A stretch of 64,000 nt of DNA, taken from NCBI RefSeq assembly GCF_037042905.1, contig NC_087246.1:66650001-66714000 (forward strand). The letters are read 5' to 3'. A program made the position numbers and the translations under genes. This document shows positions 37,201 to 46,917 of the stretch, in pieces (within the stretch, counting starts at the first letter, position 1; each line of letters opens with the position of its first letter). The DNA is from Lytechinus pictus (taxonomy: Eukaryota). The notes beneath the pieces were generated by a model. That model searched no databases. It was not told the origin of the DNA and worked only from the letters and a program-made list of their open reading frames with translations.

Positions 37201-38209
37201 CATTCTACCCATGTAATGTGAAATAAAAAATTAGCCTTGGCGAAAGGATAAATGATCATTTTTAGGCGATTTGGATGTAGCTTATATTTCTGAAGTGGAG
37301 CATTGAGCATTTATATTCATATTACTGAAGAAATTATAGTTTGTCTTATCCATTAAAAGCAATATGATATTATTTTCTTAATATTCCACAACGAAAAATG
37401 ATATATTGTCAAAAGTGACATGAGTGGCCTGTATTCTGGAAAGAGATTTCAATTGTATGATGGTACAAAACCATGGACTATGCAGATTTCTCATATTATT
37501 CATTCAAAAGCACATATTTGTAATTGGACCTTTCTAAGTGTACGCAAATAGGCATAATCATGTACACAATCAGCATGGTCCATGGTTTTGTACCATGGAA
37601 CAAAAAAAACTTCTTCCGAGAATACAGGCCATGATGTATATAAAAATGACACCTAAAGTGAAATGTTGTACAGTCCAAGAAGTTGCTCCAGGGTTTGCAT
37701 TCCTGTTTCCTTGTATTGAGTTCATAGATGATATGTGCTTGTACTGAAGTTTTCTTATTGAGAGTAGTACTAGTGCAATACACTTTCATTTTGCTCACAT
37801 ATAGAAGTTATGATTACATTATATGTGACTCTATAGATAAATAAGTGTAACTTGATAGATCAGCAAAAAGGCAGACCTCCTTGTCTTTGATGGACAAATC
37901 TATAATTTATCACACGATTCACTTTTCATCAATCAGATAGCAAAACTTTAAGTGCAGATTGTAGAATGAAACCTTGATGATGAGTATTCCACTGCTCTTC
38001 CCACACAGTTTGACATGTGGACGGACGGTCTTAACGTGCTCCTAGGTAAACCCATGCAGAGCAAGCAGAAGGAGGCTGACCTGGAAGCACTTCTTGGGAT
38101 GGAGATGAAGATTCGTCTCTTGGACATGGTTAACATCCCCATCCCCACCACGGCTCCTGTCATACCACCCCCACCCACGGATTATAACTTCTATTATGAC
38201 CAGATATGA
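19161..38209 (+). CDS. ELMO: Engulfment and cell motility protein (ELMO/CED-12), whole spliced gene span: 19 coding exons, 2172 nt, 723 aa
   Basis: Hand-spliced exons give one open frame with GT-AG introns. N-terminal RBD-like region, ARM region, ELMO domain ([34 protein letters not shown]), PH domain ([21 protein letters not shown]) and C-terminal PxxP tail. Confidence 0.95.
19933..20100 (+). CDS. ELMO: ELMO exon 2 ([12 protein letters not shown]...[22 protein letters not shown])
   Basis: AG/GT boundaries, phase 0/0, strong ELMO similarity. Confidence 0.92.
20673..20842 (+). CDS. ELMO: ELMO exon 3 ([11 protein letters not shown]...[25 protein letters not shown])
   Basis: AG/GT boundaries, phase 0/2, D.TFAQ.FI motif. 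Confidence 0.92.
21780..21950 (-). mobile_element. SINE fragment
   Basis: Reverse-complement core ccatttacttcacctgggtcgagtgcagcacaatgtgga plus a B-box remnant gggatttgaacc. Confidence 0.6.
22133..22232 (+). CDS. ELMO: ELMO exon 4 ([33 protein letters not shown])
   Basis: AG/GT, phase 2/0, F.EL.DH.I.SWD motif. Confidence 0.93.
22829..22917 (+). CDS. ELMO: ELMO exon 5 ([29 protein letters not shown])
   Basis: AG/GT, phase 0/2, IASFVN and ILES..LN motifs. Confidence 0.92.
23421..23489 (+). CDS. ELMO: ELMO exon 6 ([23 protein letters not shown])
   Basis: AG/GT, phase 2/2. Confidence 0.88.
24135..24213 (+). CDS. ELMO: ELMO exon 7 ([26 protein letters not shown])
   Basis: AG/GT, phase 2/0, NAL.LKAP motif. 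Confidence 0.9.
24750..25115 (+). mobile_element. Degenerate L2/CR1-like LINE 3' end
   Basis: gcagctgccaggacttggaatgccatccctcttccaataaga (WN.LP..IR-like) followed by agcgcctctaaatattc and an (ATT)n tail. Confidence 0.45.
25680..25730 (+). CDS. ELMO: ELMO exon 8 ([17 protein letters not shown])
   Basis: tctttacag acceptor, GAG|GTGAGA donor, phase 0/0, fills the expected gap in the protein. Confidence 0.82.
26147..26266 (+). CDS. ELMO: ELMO exon 9 ([40 protein letters not shown])
   Basis: AG/GT, phase 0/0, [15 protein letters not shown] motif. Confidence 0.93.
26493..26533 (-). ncRNA. Minimal hammerhead ribozyme motif (inverted copy)
   Basis: Exact reverse complement of 27194-27234. Confidence 0.65.
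27194..27234 (+). ncRNA. Minimal type I hammerhead ribozyme motif in the PLE pseudo-LTR
   Basis: TCAC-TTGATAA-A-GAGTTGC-AGCG-GCACTC-GAAAGCTC-GTGA: stem I TCAC/GTGA, core UUGAnAA, stem II, GAAA, palindromic AGCU stem III, UC cleavage site; ~30 nt downstream of TATAAATA. Confidence 0.7.
27410..28235 (-). mobile_element. L2-clade LINE 3' fragment interrupted by a SINE
   Basis: [21 protein letters not shown] (~28160-28225) resembles the L2 RT C-terminal L..LHWLPV..RI.FK; WNNLP-like segment at ~27630-27650; (TTA)n tail into which the PLE inserted. Confidence 0.7.
27782..28106 (-). mobile_element. Near full-length tRNA-derived SINE
   Basis: tRNA-like head with B box (ttcgaatcccc on -), central cacccaggtattaaatgggtacc domain, aagcgcttagagacg...agcgctatataa tail and (TTA)n end. 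Confidence 0.8.
28454..28555 (+). CDS. ELMO: ELMO exon 10 ([34 protein letters not shown])
   Basis: AG/GT, phase 0/0, ELR..AF and DYK.LGF motifs. Confidence 0.92.
29098..29202 (+). CDS. ELMO: ELMO exon 11 ([35 protein letters not shown])
   Basis: AG/GT, phase 0/0, P..DF...PPG.LAL motif. Confidence 0.93.
30032..30140 (+). CDS. ELMO: ELMO exon 12 ([36 protein letters not shown])
   Basis: AG/GT, phase 0/1, highly conserved ELMO-domain segment. Confidence 0.95.
30285..30772. mobile_element. Kolobok-like non-autonomous element
   Basis: TTAA|AGGGGAAGTTTACCCTGA at left and TCAGGGTGAACTTCCCCT|TTGA at right. Confidence 0.7.
31258..31394 (+). CDS. ELMO: ELMO exon 13 ([46 protein letters not shown])
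   Basis: AG/GT, phase 1/0, conserved motifs. Confidence 0.95.
31445..31710 (+). mobile_element. SINE (degenerate)
   Basis: B-box-like ggttcgactc, core tgtgctgcactcaacccaggtga...aatgggtac, aagcgctatataaat tail. Confidence 0.6.
32097..32171 (+). pseudogene. Decayed duplicate of the 5' half of ELMO exon 14
   Basis: aagGTAATGAATGTTGTCCAGGACCAGATAAAGAGAGCCCTGAAGGAGCAAAAAAAGCCAAACACCTAG matches 32385-32465 with a 6-nt deletion and ATG changed to TAG. Confidence 0.75.
32388..32569 (+). CDS. ELMO: ELMO exon 14 ([14 protein letters not shown]...[14 protein letters not shown]...QARPV)
   Basis: AG/GT, phase 0/2, Y.EILK.R..ER motif. Confidence 0.93.
33377..33492 (+). CDS. ELMO: ELMO exon 15 ([38 protein letters not shown])
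   Basis: AG/GT, phase 2/1, ELI.QQRL..LVEGT.F motif. Confidence 0.95.
33503..33703. mobile_element. Palindromic MITE immediately after exon 15
   Basis: ccccattcaacaga...tgaaagacc is inverted against ggtctttcagtgg...tctgtggaatgggg. Confidence 0.5.
34515..34619 (+). CDS. ELMO: ELMO exon 16 ([35 protein letters not shown])
   Basis: AG/GT, phase 1/1, PH-domain [10 protein letters not shown] motif. Confidence 0.95.
35085..35340 (+). mobile_element. SINE
   Basis: tttccttcggcaagaaatttatccacattgtgctgcactcaacccaggtgaggtgaatgggtacc...aagcgcatagagac...gcgctatacaag with (TTA)n tail. Confidence 0.75.
35563..35627 (+). CDS. ELMO: ELMO exon 17 ([22 protein letters not shown])
   Basis: AG/GT, phase 1/0, VADI....TGKDC.H motif. 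Confidence 0.92.
36259..36852. mobile_element. Kolobok-like non-autonomous element
   Basis: TTAA|AGGGGAATCCAGCC ... GGTTGGATTCCCCT|TTAA with perfect TTAA flanks. Confidence 0.75.
36981..37058 (+). CDS. ELMO: ELMO exon 18 ([26 protein letters not shown])
   Basis: AG/GT, phase 0/0, LAFSIL and L.FIA motifs. Confidence 0.92.
37426..37631. mobile_element. Palindromic MITE
   Basis: TGGCCTGTATTC...tggtacaaaaccatggactatgc inverted against gcatggtccatggttttgtacca...GAATACAGGCCA. Confidence 0.6.
38009..38209 (+). CDS. ELMO: ELMO exon 19, last coding exon ([13 protein letters not shown]...[24 protein letters not shown])
   Basis: Acceptor cacacag; WTDGLN.LLG, ME.K.RLLD and the proline-rich tail; TGA at 38207-38209. 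Confidence 0.95.
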   Translation, partial: FDMWTDGLNVLLGKPMQSKQKEADLEALLGMEMKIRLLDMVNIPIPTTAPVIPPPPTDYNFYYDQI

Positions 38210-39737
38210 TTCACCCATCCCCCACCGTAGCCCCCGTCATACCACCCCCACCCACGGATTACATCTTCTATTATGACCCGATATGAATCACCCGTCATAC
38301 CACCCCCACCCACGGATTACAACTTCAATTTTGACCAAATATGACTCACACTTCCACCCTTCCCTTACCGTAGCCCCCGTCATACCACCCCCACCCACGG
38401 ATTATAACTTCTATTATGACTAGATATGACTCACCCTTCCACCCATCCCCCACCTTAGTCCCCGTCACACCACCCCCACCCACAGATTGCAACTTCTATT
38501 ATGACCAGATATGAATCACCCATCCCCCACCGTAGCCCCCGTCATACCACCCCCACCCACGGATTATAACTTCTATTATGACCAGATATGAATCACCCAT
38601 CCCCCACCGTAGCCCCCGTCATACCACCCCCACCCACGGATTATAACTTCTATTATGACCAGATATGAATCACCCATCTCCCACCGTAGCCCCCGTCATA
38701 CCACCCCCACCCACGGATTATAACTTCTATTATGACCAGATATGAATCACCCATCTCCCACCGTAGCCCCCGTCATACCACCCCCACCCACGGATTATAA
38801 CTTCTATTATGACCAGATATGAATCACCCATCTCCCACCGTAGCCCCCGTCATACCACCCCCACCCACGGATTATAACTTCTATTATGACCAGATATGAA
38901 TCACCCATCCCCCACCGTAGCCCCCGTCATACCACCCCCACCCACGGATTACATCTTCTATTATGACCCGATATGAATCACCCGTCATACCACCCCCACC
39001 CACGGATTACAACTTCAATTTTGACCAAATATGACTCACACTTCCACCCTTCCCTTACCGTAGCCCCCGTCATACCACCCCCACCCACGGATTATAACTT
39101 CTATTATGACTAGATATGACTCACCCTTCCACCCATCCCCCACCTTAGTCCCCGTCACACCACCCCCACCCACGGATTGCAACTTCTATTATGACCAGAT
39201 ATGAATCACCCATCCCCCACCGTAGCCCCCGTCATACCACCCCCACCCACAGATTGCAACTTCTATTATGACCAGATATGAATCACCCATCCCCCACCGT
39301 AGCCCCCGTCATACCACCCCCACCCACGGATTATAACTTCTATTATGACCAGATATGAATCACCCATCCCCCACCGTAGCCCCCGTCATACCACCCCCAC
39401 CCACGGATTATAACTTCTATTATGACCAGATATGAATCACCCATCTCCCACCGTAGCCCCCGTCATACCACCCCCACCCACGGATTATAACTTCTATTAT
39501 GACCAGATATGAATCACCCATCTCCCACCGTAGCCCCCGTCATACCACCCCCACCCACGGATTACAACTTCTATTATGACCAGATATGAATCACCCATCT
39601 CCCACCGTAGCCCCCGTCATACCACCCCCACCCACGGATTATAACTTCTATTATGACCAGATATGAATCACCCATCTCCCACCGTAGCCCCCGTCATACC
39701 ACCCCCACCCACGGATTACAACTTCTATTATGACCAG
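38138..39737 (+). repeat. 77-bp minisatellite (~21 copies) derived from the ELMO C-terminal coding sequence and stop codon
   Basis: Unit CCCATCCCCCACCGTAGCCCCCGTCATACCACCCCCACCCACGGATTATAACTTCTATTATGACCAGATATGAATCA; ATATGA recurs at 38204, 38281, 38339, 38424, 38509, 38586 and onward to 39661. Confidence 0.95.
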
Positions 39738-39954
39738 GAGGGTACCAGCCAGTACTGACTAAATTGTCAGCTTTGGCAATTTCAGTGAGATCCTTGGTTT
39801 TGAATGGCTGAGAAACTTTGATCTCTGATTGTAACTATGACAATTTAATCAGTGCTGACAACTTCGATGAAACACTCCCAAGATATGAATCATTCAGCCT
39901 TATTCACTTTCTAATGGATATCAATAAATGCCACACCAGGATCTAGCCAGTATA

Positions 39955-40202
39955 CAGTGCGTTCCACAAAAAACGAAACCGAGATTTATCATAACTGATA
40001 CAGCCCGCCAAATGACTTTTTGGTATCCTTTCTTCAAATTGTTTTTGCTCACTCATGCGTGAATGGGGAATAATCTCAGTAATATCAAATGAAAGAGGAG
40101 ATTCTAAGTTTTACATTGGTAGGTCATTTGTCTATTGTATTTGTGATTAAATTATGATAAATCATCGCTTAATCTCGGTTTCGTTTTTTCTGGGACGCAC
40201 TG
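39955..40202. mobile_element. Tc1/mariner-type MITE
   Basis: TA|CAGTGCGTTCCACAAAAAACGAAACCGAGATT ... AATCTCGGTTTCGTTTTTTCTGGGACGCACTG|TA. Confidence 0.8.
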
Positions 40203-40584
40203 TATAGTCGACGTGTATCTGTCAAGCAGGTTATTATTGAACCATATTTATGGATATCAAAAAATAGAATTCTTTTCATCAAGAAATAAGATATTGCCTG
40301 TGTTCAGAATCTTCCCTGTGTATCCCTCAGTGAAAATATGATTGCAATATATATGTCAGCATAGATAGCCCATAACAGATAGAACAACTATCCCTAAACC
40401 AGTTATTTAGTATTGGTATTGATCTTCCACATATGATAATTTGATGTTGGGAGTAACCCGATGAGTAAGTGGATGATGGAATACAGTAATTATGCAATTC
40501 GAATGGATCATGCAGAACACGGAATACGGTAGTATTTTAGTGTAGTTTTCATTTTCAAAGCTGAGGAGACCATGTGCGGTGATT

Positions 40585-41553
40585 TTTTGTCTCACCTGCA
40601 TAGCAGAGTGAGACTATAGGCGCCGCTTTTCCGACGGCGGCGGCGACGGCGACGGCGGCGGCGGCGTCAACACCAAATCTTAACCTGAGGTTAAGTTTTT
40701 GAAATGACAGCATAACTTAGAAAGTATATGGACCTAGTTCATGAAACTTGGCCATAAGATTAATCAAGTATTACTGAACATCCTGCCTGAGTTTCATGTC
40801 ACATGACCAAGGTCAAAGGTCATTTAGGGTCAATGAACTTAGACCATGTTGGGGGAATCAACATCAAAATCTTAACCTAAGGTTAAGTTTTTGAAATGTC
40901 ATCATAACTTAGAAAATATATGGACCTAGTTCATGAAACTTATACATAAGGTTAATCAAGTATCACTGAACATCCTGCATGAGTTTCACATCACATGACC
41001 AAGGTCAAAGGTCATTTAGGGTCAATAAACTTTGGCCGAATTGGGGGTATCTGTTGAATTACCATCATAACTTTGAAAGTTTATGGATCTGATTCATGAA
41101 ACTTGGACATAATAGTAATCAAGTATTACTGAACATCCTGTGCAAGTTTCAGGTCACATGATCAAGGTCAAAGGTCATTTAGGGTCAATGAACTTTGGCC
41201 AAATTTGGGTATTTGTTGAATTACAGCCATAAATTTCAAAGTGTGTTGGTCTAGTTCATAAAACTTGGACATAATAGTAATCAAGTATCACTGAACATCC
41301 TGTGCGAGTTTCAGGTCACATGATCAAGGTCAAAGGTCATGTAAGGTCAAAGAACTTTGGCCACGTTGGGGGTATTTGTTGAATTGCCATCATATCTCTA
41401 TAAGTGTATTGGTCTAGTTCATAAAACGTGGAAATAAGAGTAACCAAGTATCACTGAACATCTTGTGCGAGTTATAGTAGTTTTCAAAATCAGCACTGCT
41501 GCTATATTGAATCGCGTGATGCAGGTGAGACGGCCAGAGGCATTCCACTTGTT
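40585..41553 (+). mobile_element. Helentron-associated interspersed element (HINE/DINE-1/Tsp-like) with internal ~160-190-bp tandem repeats
   Basis: Starts in a T-run; subterminal inverted repeat GTCTCACCTGCA/TGCAGGTGAGAC; (GGC/GAC)n microsatellite; five satellite-like units (aaacttgg...caagtattactgaacatcctg...aaggtcaaaggtcat); ends ccacttgttt. Confidence 0.75.
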
Positions 41554-42737
41554 TAGAAAAGAAGCTATTTCTCAACTCAACCTCATTGATGACCTGTGCT
41601 ATTATGGATAATCATGTATTATACCTACCATCTATAATAAAGTTATAGTGCATGATTTAAATTGTAACAAACTTTAGTCAGGTTACATATGACAGCACAT
41701 ATTTTTGTATTTGATATATTTTGATATGTACATTGTAGATAAAATGTAAGCATGTTTGTTAACTTATTACAGGGTTATTGTCTGAATACATCAGTTAATA
41801 TACTCTGGTTAAAGGATGGTTATCAACTTTTTATACTTTGTTACCAACAATTGTTGTACGATTATTATTGAGAAAAAAGTAGAATTGTTTGATATTATTG
41901 TTACTGGTATACATTACGATTATTCAGTTTGTTTACTTGTATCAGAAATGTTATTTATTTGATTAGGTATCTTGTACACTTCAATCTTTTTTATTATATA
42001 TTTCAAGACTTTATATTCCATCAGAAGGGGAGTTCAAAATGTACATTAACCCGACTGATTCATGCATTATAAATAAAAATATGCCATTATCAATTGTGTT
42101 TTGTAATCTAGGAGGAGGAAAAACAATGTTAACTCTTTTATTTTAATTTATTATCAGTGTAAGATCACTCTCTTTTCCAATTTTTTAATCATTTTTTTTT
42201 CATCGTACTTGTGCATGGACCAAGATGTATTTTGTATGCAGAATTTTCACTGTAGCAGACCTACACAACATACTGCAGGTTTAAGCACCTATAGAGAACA
42301 GTAAAATTGCAATATTCTAGTACATGTCTAGAATATTAATATTTTGTAGATTATATTATTTATGTATCATATTACATACCTACAATGTATAATTTTCCCA
42401 ATATGCTAGACATGTGCATTATCTCCAGTATATTCTAGTTCTTTATCTTTTGTCATTAAAGACAGCTGTCATTTTATATGTACACATAACACACTTGCGC
42501 ACCCTCCATTCCACATATGAGTATAAGAGGAAGGGGACTTTGTATTTATTTCATGATAATGGTTATCTTAGTGTGTTAAGAAAGCCAATAACAGTTCCTT
42601 TTGCGAAAATCTTCAATTCTGAATTTTTTTTTTTTGCAATATGGTCCAGCCAGTCCCCCCCCCCCGAAAAAAATACATAGGGGCAATTGGCACCCCCTTC
42701 CCTGTTCAAAATACATGTTCCCCATGTGTGACATCTT

Positions 42738-42979
42738 GGCCCTGTCTTACAAAGAGTTATGATTGATCCAATCATTCTCAATATGGAAATCCATCCATAC
42801 CATAATTTTTCACTGGAAATTTGCACAGTAAGTAAACAAAGAGAATCACACCGAATCTCCAAGAGAACGATGAATGAATGAATATATTTTGAACAAAATT
42901 GCATTTTAGATGTTGACGTTGCTGGCTTTCCATAGTCGTGGTTGACGGATCAATCGAATCTCTTTGTAAGACAGGGCCC
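42738..42979. mobile_element. MITE
   Basis: TIR GGCCCTGTCTTACAAAGAG ... CTCTTTGTAAGACAGGGCC. Confidence 0.65.
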
Positions 42980-43177
42980 TCATGTCACAGTCACACCAGA
43001 GATGCCGACTCATGGGGCATGTTTCATAAAACTTGTTATAATAATAAATTTGCAATAACAGTTAAAAGCTACTGAAATCCTTCAATCTGATTGGTTGATG
43101 GGAGTTTATTACAGAACTTTGCATTTGCTACTATATAACAAGTCTTTATAAAAAATGGGGCCCAGATTATTTCCAAT

Positions 43178-43448
43178 GAGGGTCGTGTGGTCCAGTGGTT
43201 AGAGCATTGGACTCATAATCGCAAGGTTGTGAGTTCGAATCCCAACTCTGCCATTGTCTCCACTTTGATAAAAAGGCCCAAGAGTGATATCTGTCGTCTA
43301 TTACGTCAGCCACTATGACTGATTAACCTAGACGTAAAATGTTTCCAAAGTAATTGGTTATATACCAGCTTGGCGTTTACCAGCAAAAAATGCTGTCCTG
43401 CCGAGTTCCTACGGGAGATACCACAAACAGAAACAAACAGAAACAGAA
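43178..43448 (+). mobile_element. Full-length tRNA-derived SINE (second family)
   Basis: A box TGGTCCAGTGG, B box GTTCGAATCCC, unrelated body, (AAACAG)n tail. Confidence 0.75.
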
Positions 43449-44135
43449 TGACATACTATGTATTGGTTTGAAGATACGTTTGTTGGTGGGACTTGAGCAG
43501 TAATTGTACCTGGGAACTACTACTCAAAGCATAATATTATGTTGGGAAAATGGGCACCGTTCAGAAAATATACATTTCCTTCATGTTCAATATCTAATAG
43601 TTTGTTGAATGTTGGTTGTCTATTCACATTGTAATGATTGGAAAGGGTGCTAATTGTAAATAATTTTTAGGGAAAGTTTACACTCTAGAAGATATAATAG
43701 TAATAGTATGAGTAGATATTTTATTAAAAGAAATATGAATATCAATGGAATTTTGTAAACTTTAGCATGACCGGGCTGATAAAACCTTTTATCTCAAAAT
43801 TTAAAAATGTTGAGGGCAGTGTGAAAAAGGCTGCATTTTAAAAATATATCAATGATCGCAGTCTACTGATACCTGTGAAGAACTCTTTCAAAACAAAAGA
43901 AGGTGGCCACCCACCCATGTTATAACTATAAAATCTAACTTATTCTGAGCTGTCATCAAAATATTTGAATTCAGAGATACAAGGTTTTATCAGCCCACCA
44001 GCGATAAGAACCTTCCAAAGTAAGTCTTGCCAAATGTCACTGTTTGTATATCGTCTTAAAGGCCTCAACCAGATATGACCTTTAAAGCTTATGCAGATTA
44101 TCTGCATGGTCCATGGTTTTGTACTACGGTACAAT

Positions 44136-44810
44136 CCCGGGGCCGCTTCCATTGATGAGTGGATACCATGCCCGACCATGGGGTCTCGATAAGTACCCTA
44201 AACAAGTAGTTTCCATGTTCTGAAAATGCACACCTTAACAAGTATTGGAAACAAAACAATATCCTTGGCAAGTATTCTCTGAATTGAACCCCTAAACAAG
44301 TACATCCATGTATTAATTGTTTTATGTCACAGACTTTGGTCGTGGCCCCACCTCCTACACCTCACGCAAATCGGACTCTTAACACTTACGTGTTGCTGCG
44401 ATCAATTGCAAATATTCTGTTGCACTTTTACAAGTGATAGATCAATTTTAACCGGAGCAAATCAGATTACACTCCTTGTTTCAAGAAGCAGATAAGCAAT
44501 CAATTGTAAATTCACAATTACTTTTAAGACTTGTGATTGATTTAGGGACAGAAAATAACCTTGCAATTGATTGCAAGTTTCTTGCACAACCCCAGTACTG
44601 TTGGGGCAAAAAGTTCATCCTTTTTAAAACATTTTAGTCTTTTTTATACCCTCGCAAATTTGACCTTAAACACGTAACTTTCGTAGCGAAATAGATACCC
44701 TTTTTTCATTATTTTAGTGTTTTTTTACACCCTTATTACATTACGTACGTAACGTGCCCTTTAAAAAAAAAGACATCCTTTTTACATGTTTTTTTTTACC
44801 CCTAGGGGTA
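44136..44810. mobile_element. Dispersed repeat with a related inverted fragment at 61965-62088
   Basis: cttccattgatgagtggataccatgcccgaccatggggtctcga...ccctaaacaagta matches the reverse complement of ~62000-62070. Confidence 0.55.
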
Positions 44811-45448
44811 CAATTGAACCGCTTGAGAATACTGGCCAGGTTTTTTAGCTTATCGCACCATGTCTCTATGTGGTTGTCTACTTTCCTTATTTGTAAAAAA
44901 TGCTTGTATTGTTGACTTTTAAAAAGGATGTCACCATTCTGGCGAGTAACGATGTATTGTACATGATGTTTAGATCACTGAAATTTGCTGAAGAAAAAAC
45001 AGAAATGATATTATCTTGTATAAAATTTGACAAAAATTGTGTTTAAAAAAAATGTAAAGAATTTTTAACTTGCATTTGGGACTTTTCTTTAAATCTTAGC
45101 ATTACAAAGTTTCTTGTTTATGCTAATCTCAAAGATGTTATTTCATGTACTTTGTCAGCCTTGTGCACTTAGATAAAAGTATGTGTGCTAACGCATTTGT
45201 ATTATGATATATGCAATAAACTAAGACACCATAAAAGACAACGATTTGAATGCCTCTCTGATGCTGGTCATTTCTTTACCGTGCCTTGATAACCAGGAAA
45301 TAGTAGAGAAAGAATTAAAGTGTGTCAGAAAACGTAATACCCCAATCTTTTTTATGAATTACTTAGCAAATTAGTGTCACCGCATGAAGTCTACATGTAT
45401 CACTCATAGGTACAAGAAGTGCAGGTTCATAGGTCACAAATCACATCA

Positions 45449-45608
45449 TGGCCCCGTGACACAAGGGTTAGCGATTAATCGCTAAATGAAATGGCCTATC
45501 AGGATCGCCGGTGCATGCACAATTTGCTCAGTGGACTGACTAGAAACCAATCAGAATCCATCATTCAAATGATTAATCGCCATTAAAACCTTTGTGTTTC
45601 GGAACCCA
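45449..45608. mobile_element. MITE
   Basis: acacaagggttagcgattaatc is inverted against gattaatcgc...aacctttgtgt. Confidence 0.5.
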
Positions 45609-45825
45609 GTAGTGTATTTGGTGTTGTGATAATTTGTCCAGGGTTTGGGAGGGGAACACTTGAATTTAGAAAGAGTCAGGGGTGCAGGCCCCAAAACTGA
45701 ACCCATACTCTTAAGAACTGAAGTTGCTTTGAAATGCAGGGCGTAAGAATTAGATGGCCCTCTGCCAATGGGGTCGTTTAGGAACTGCAATGAGGGGTTT
45801 AGGAGCGGAGGAGAACATGGGGGTA

Positions 45826-45940
45826 TCACTATCACTATCATCATCATCTCATCATCACCACCACCATCATCCTCAGCAGCATCATGCTCATCATCACGAA
45901 CTCCACCATCAGCATTACCACCATCATCATCCTGATCACC
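45826..45940. repeat. Degenerate (CAT/CAC)n microsatellite
   Basis: atcactatcatcatcatctcatcatcaccaccaccatcatc... Confidence 0.8.
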
Positions 45941-46917
45941 GCACTATGCTGGTAAACAGAAGCAAATGTCATGGAACCTGATAGGTGACAACATTTGCTC
46001 CTGTGACATTTGCTCCGGTCTTGATACCTCAGTGGGCATGGGGTTAGAATTAGGATTGTAATATAGTTTTTGGTTCAGAATAATGTAACAATAAGGATTG
46101 GGGTTTATCTAGCTTTGGAGGTTAGATTTTATGCTGGGCTTAACGTGCAGATTTTCCATCGGAGCAGTTGTCGCCAGAGCAAATGTCATAGAACCTACTG
46201 ATTTTTGCAATTTTGAAACCCTTTTCAGTCTACTTGCGTATAAAGCCCCCCTTTTTTTACATGATTTTACGGACAAGCATGGTGTGGTCCATCTTGTAAT
46301 GACAGGACCCCCCCCCCAAAAAAAAAAAATCCTCAGAGACCTTGTAACAATCAAGTCAGTCGCACATACAAGTTTTAAGTTGTTTCAAATGGCATGTTTT
46401 TATTGCAACAAGGTAAACTACTATGCTACTCCAAACAATCATAGTCAGGATTACAGGATACAAACATTTTGTATATAAGATTATATTCTGTTATATTATG
46501 TATAATATCAATATATTATGCATTTTGTTGTATAAAGAAATTTAAGAATATCACCTGGACGAATTATACCCTGAATTATACAATATCAATATAATTTTCT
46601 CCAAAAATATTGTTTACAATACTTCTGTGTGCATATTTTCTGTTAAAACATGTAATTTCAAATTTTCTAAATATCTCCCATTTTCAAAAATTCTATGCCA
46701 TTCTTAACACAAATATTTTAATATTTTGGCAGCTTTCCCTCAATCATTGAACAACTTGTTTGTTACTGTTATGGACCCATCAAATCATTTACAGGTGTGC
46801 ATGGGGGCTTGGTCCGCATCCATTTATGCAGCAAAATTGATAATTTTCCCATAGTAAAGGTAAACAATATAATATGTTTTATTAAATGTGCTCACTCAGC
46901 TATGATAAGGTTACATC

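Noticed and set aside
38138-39737. CRISPR-like array
   Set aside because: Units are head-to-tail with no unique spacers, derive from ELMO coding sequence, and lie in eukaryotic DNA with no cas genes.
38207-39737. Stop-codon readthrough giving a long repetitive ELMO extension
   Set aside because: The 77-bp unit is not a multiple of 3 and has stops in all three + frames; readthrough of TGA hits TAG at 38228-38230.
43178-43255. tRNA gene
   Set aside because: Has A and B boxes but no convincing acceptor stem, and continues into a SINE body with an (AAACAG)n tail.
45754-45981. Poly-histidine protein ORF
   Set aside because: Translation of a (CAT/CAC)n microsatellite with no splice or homology support.
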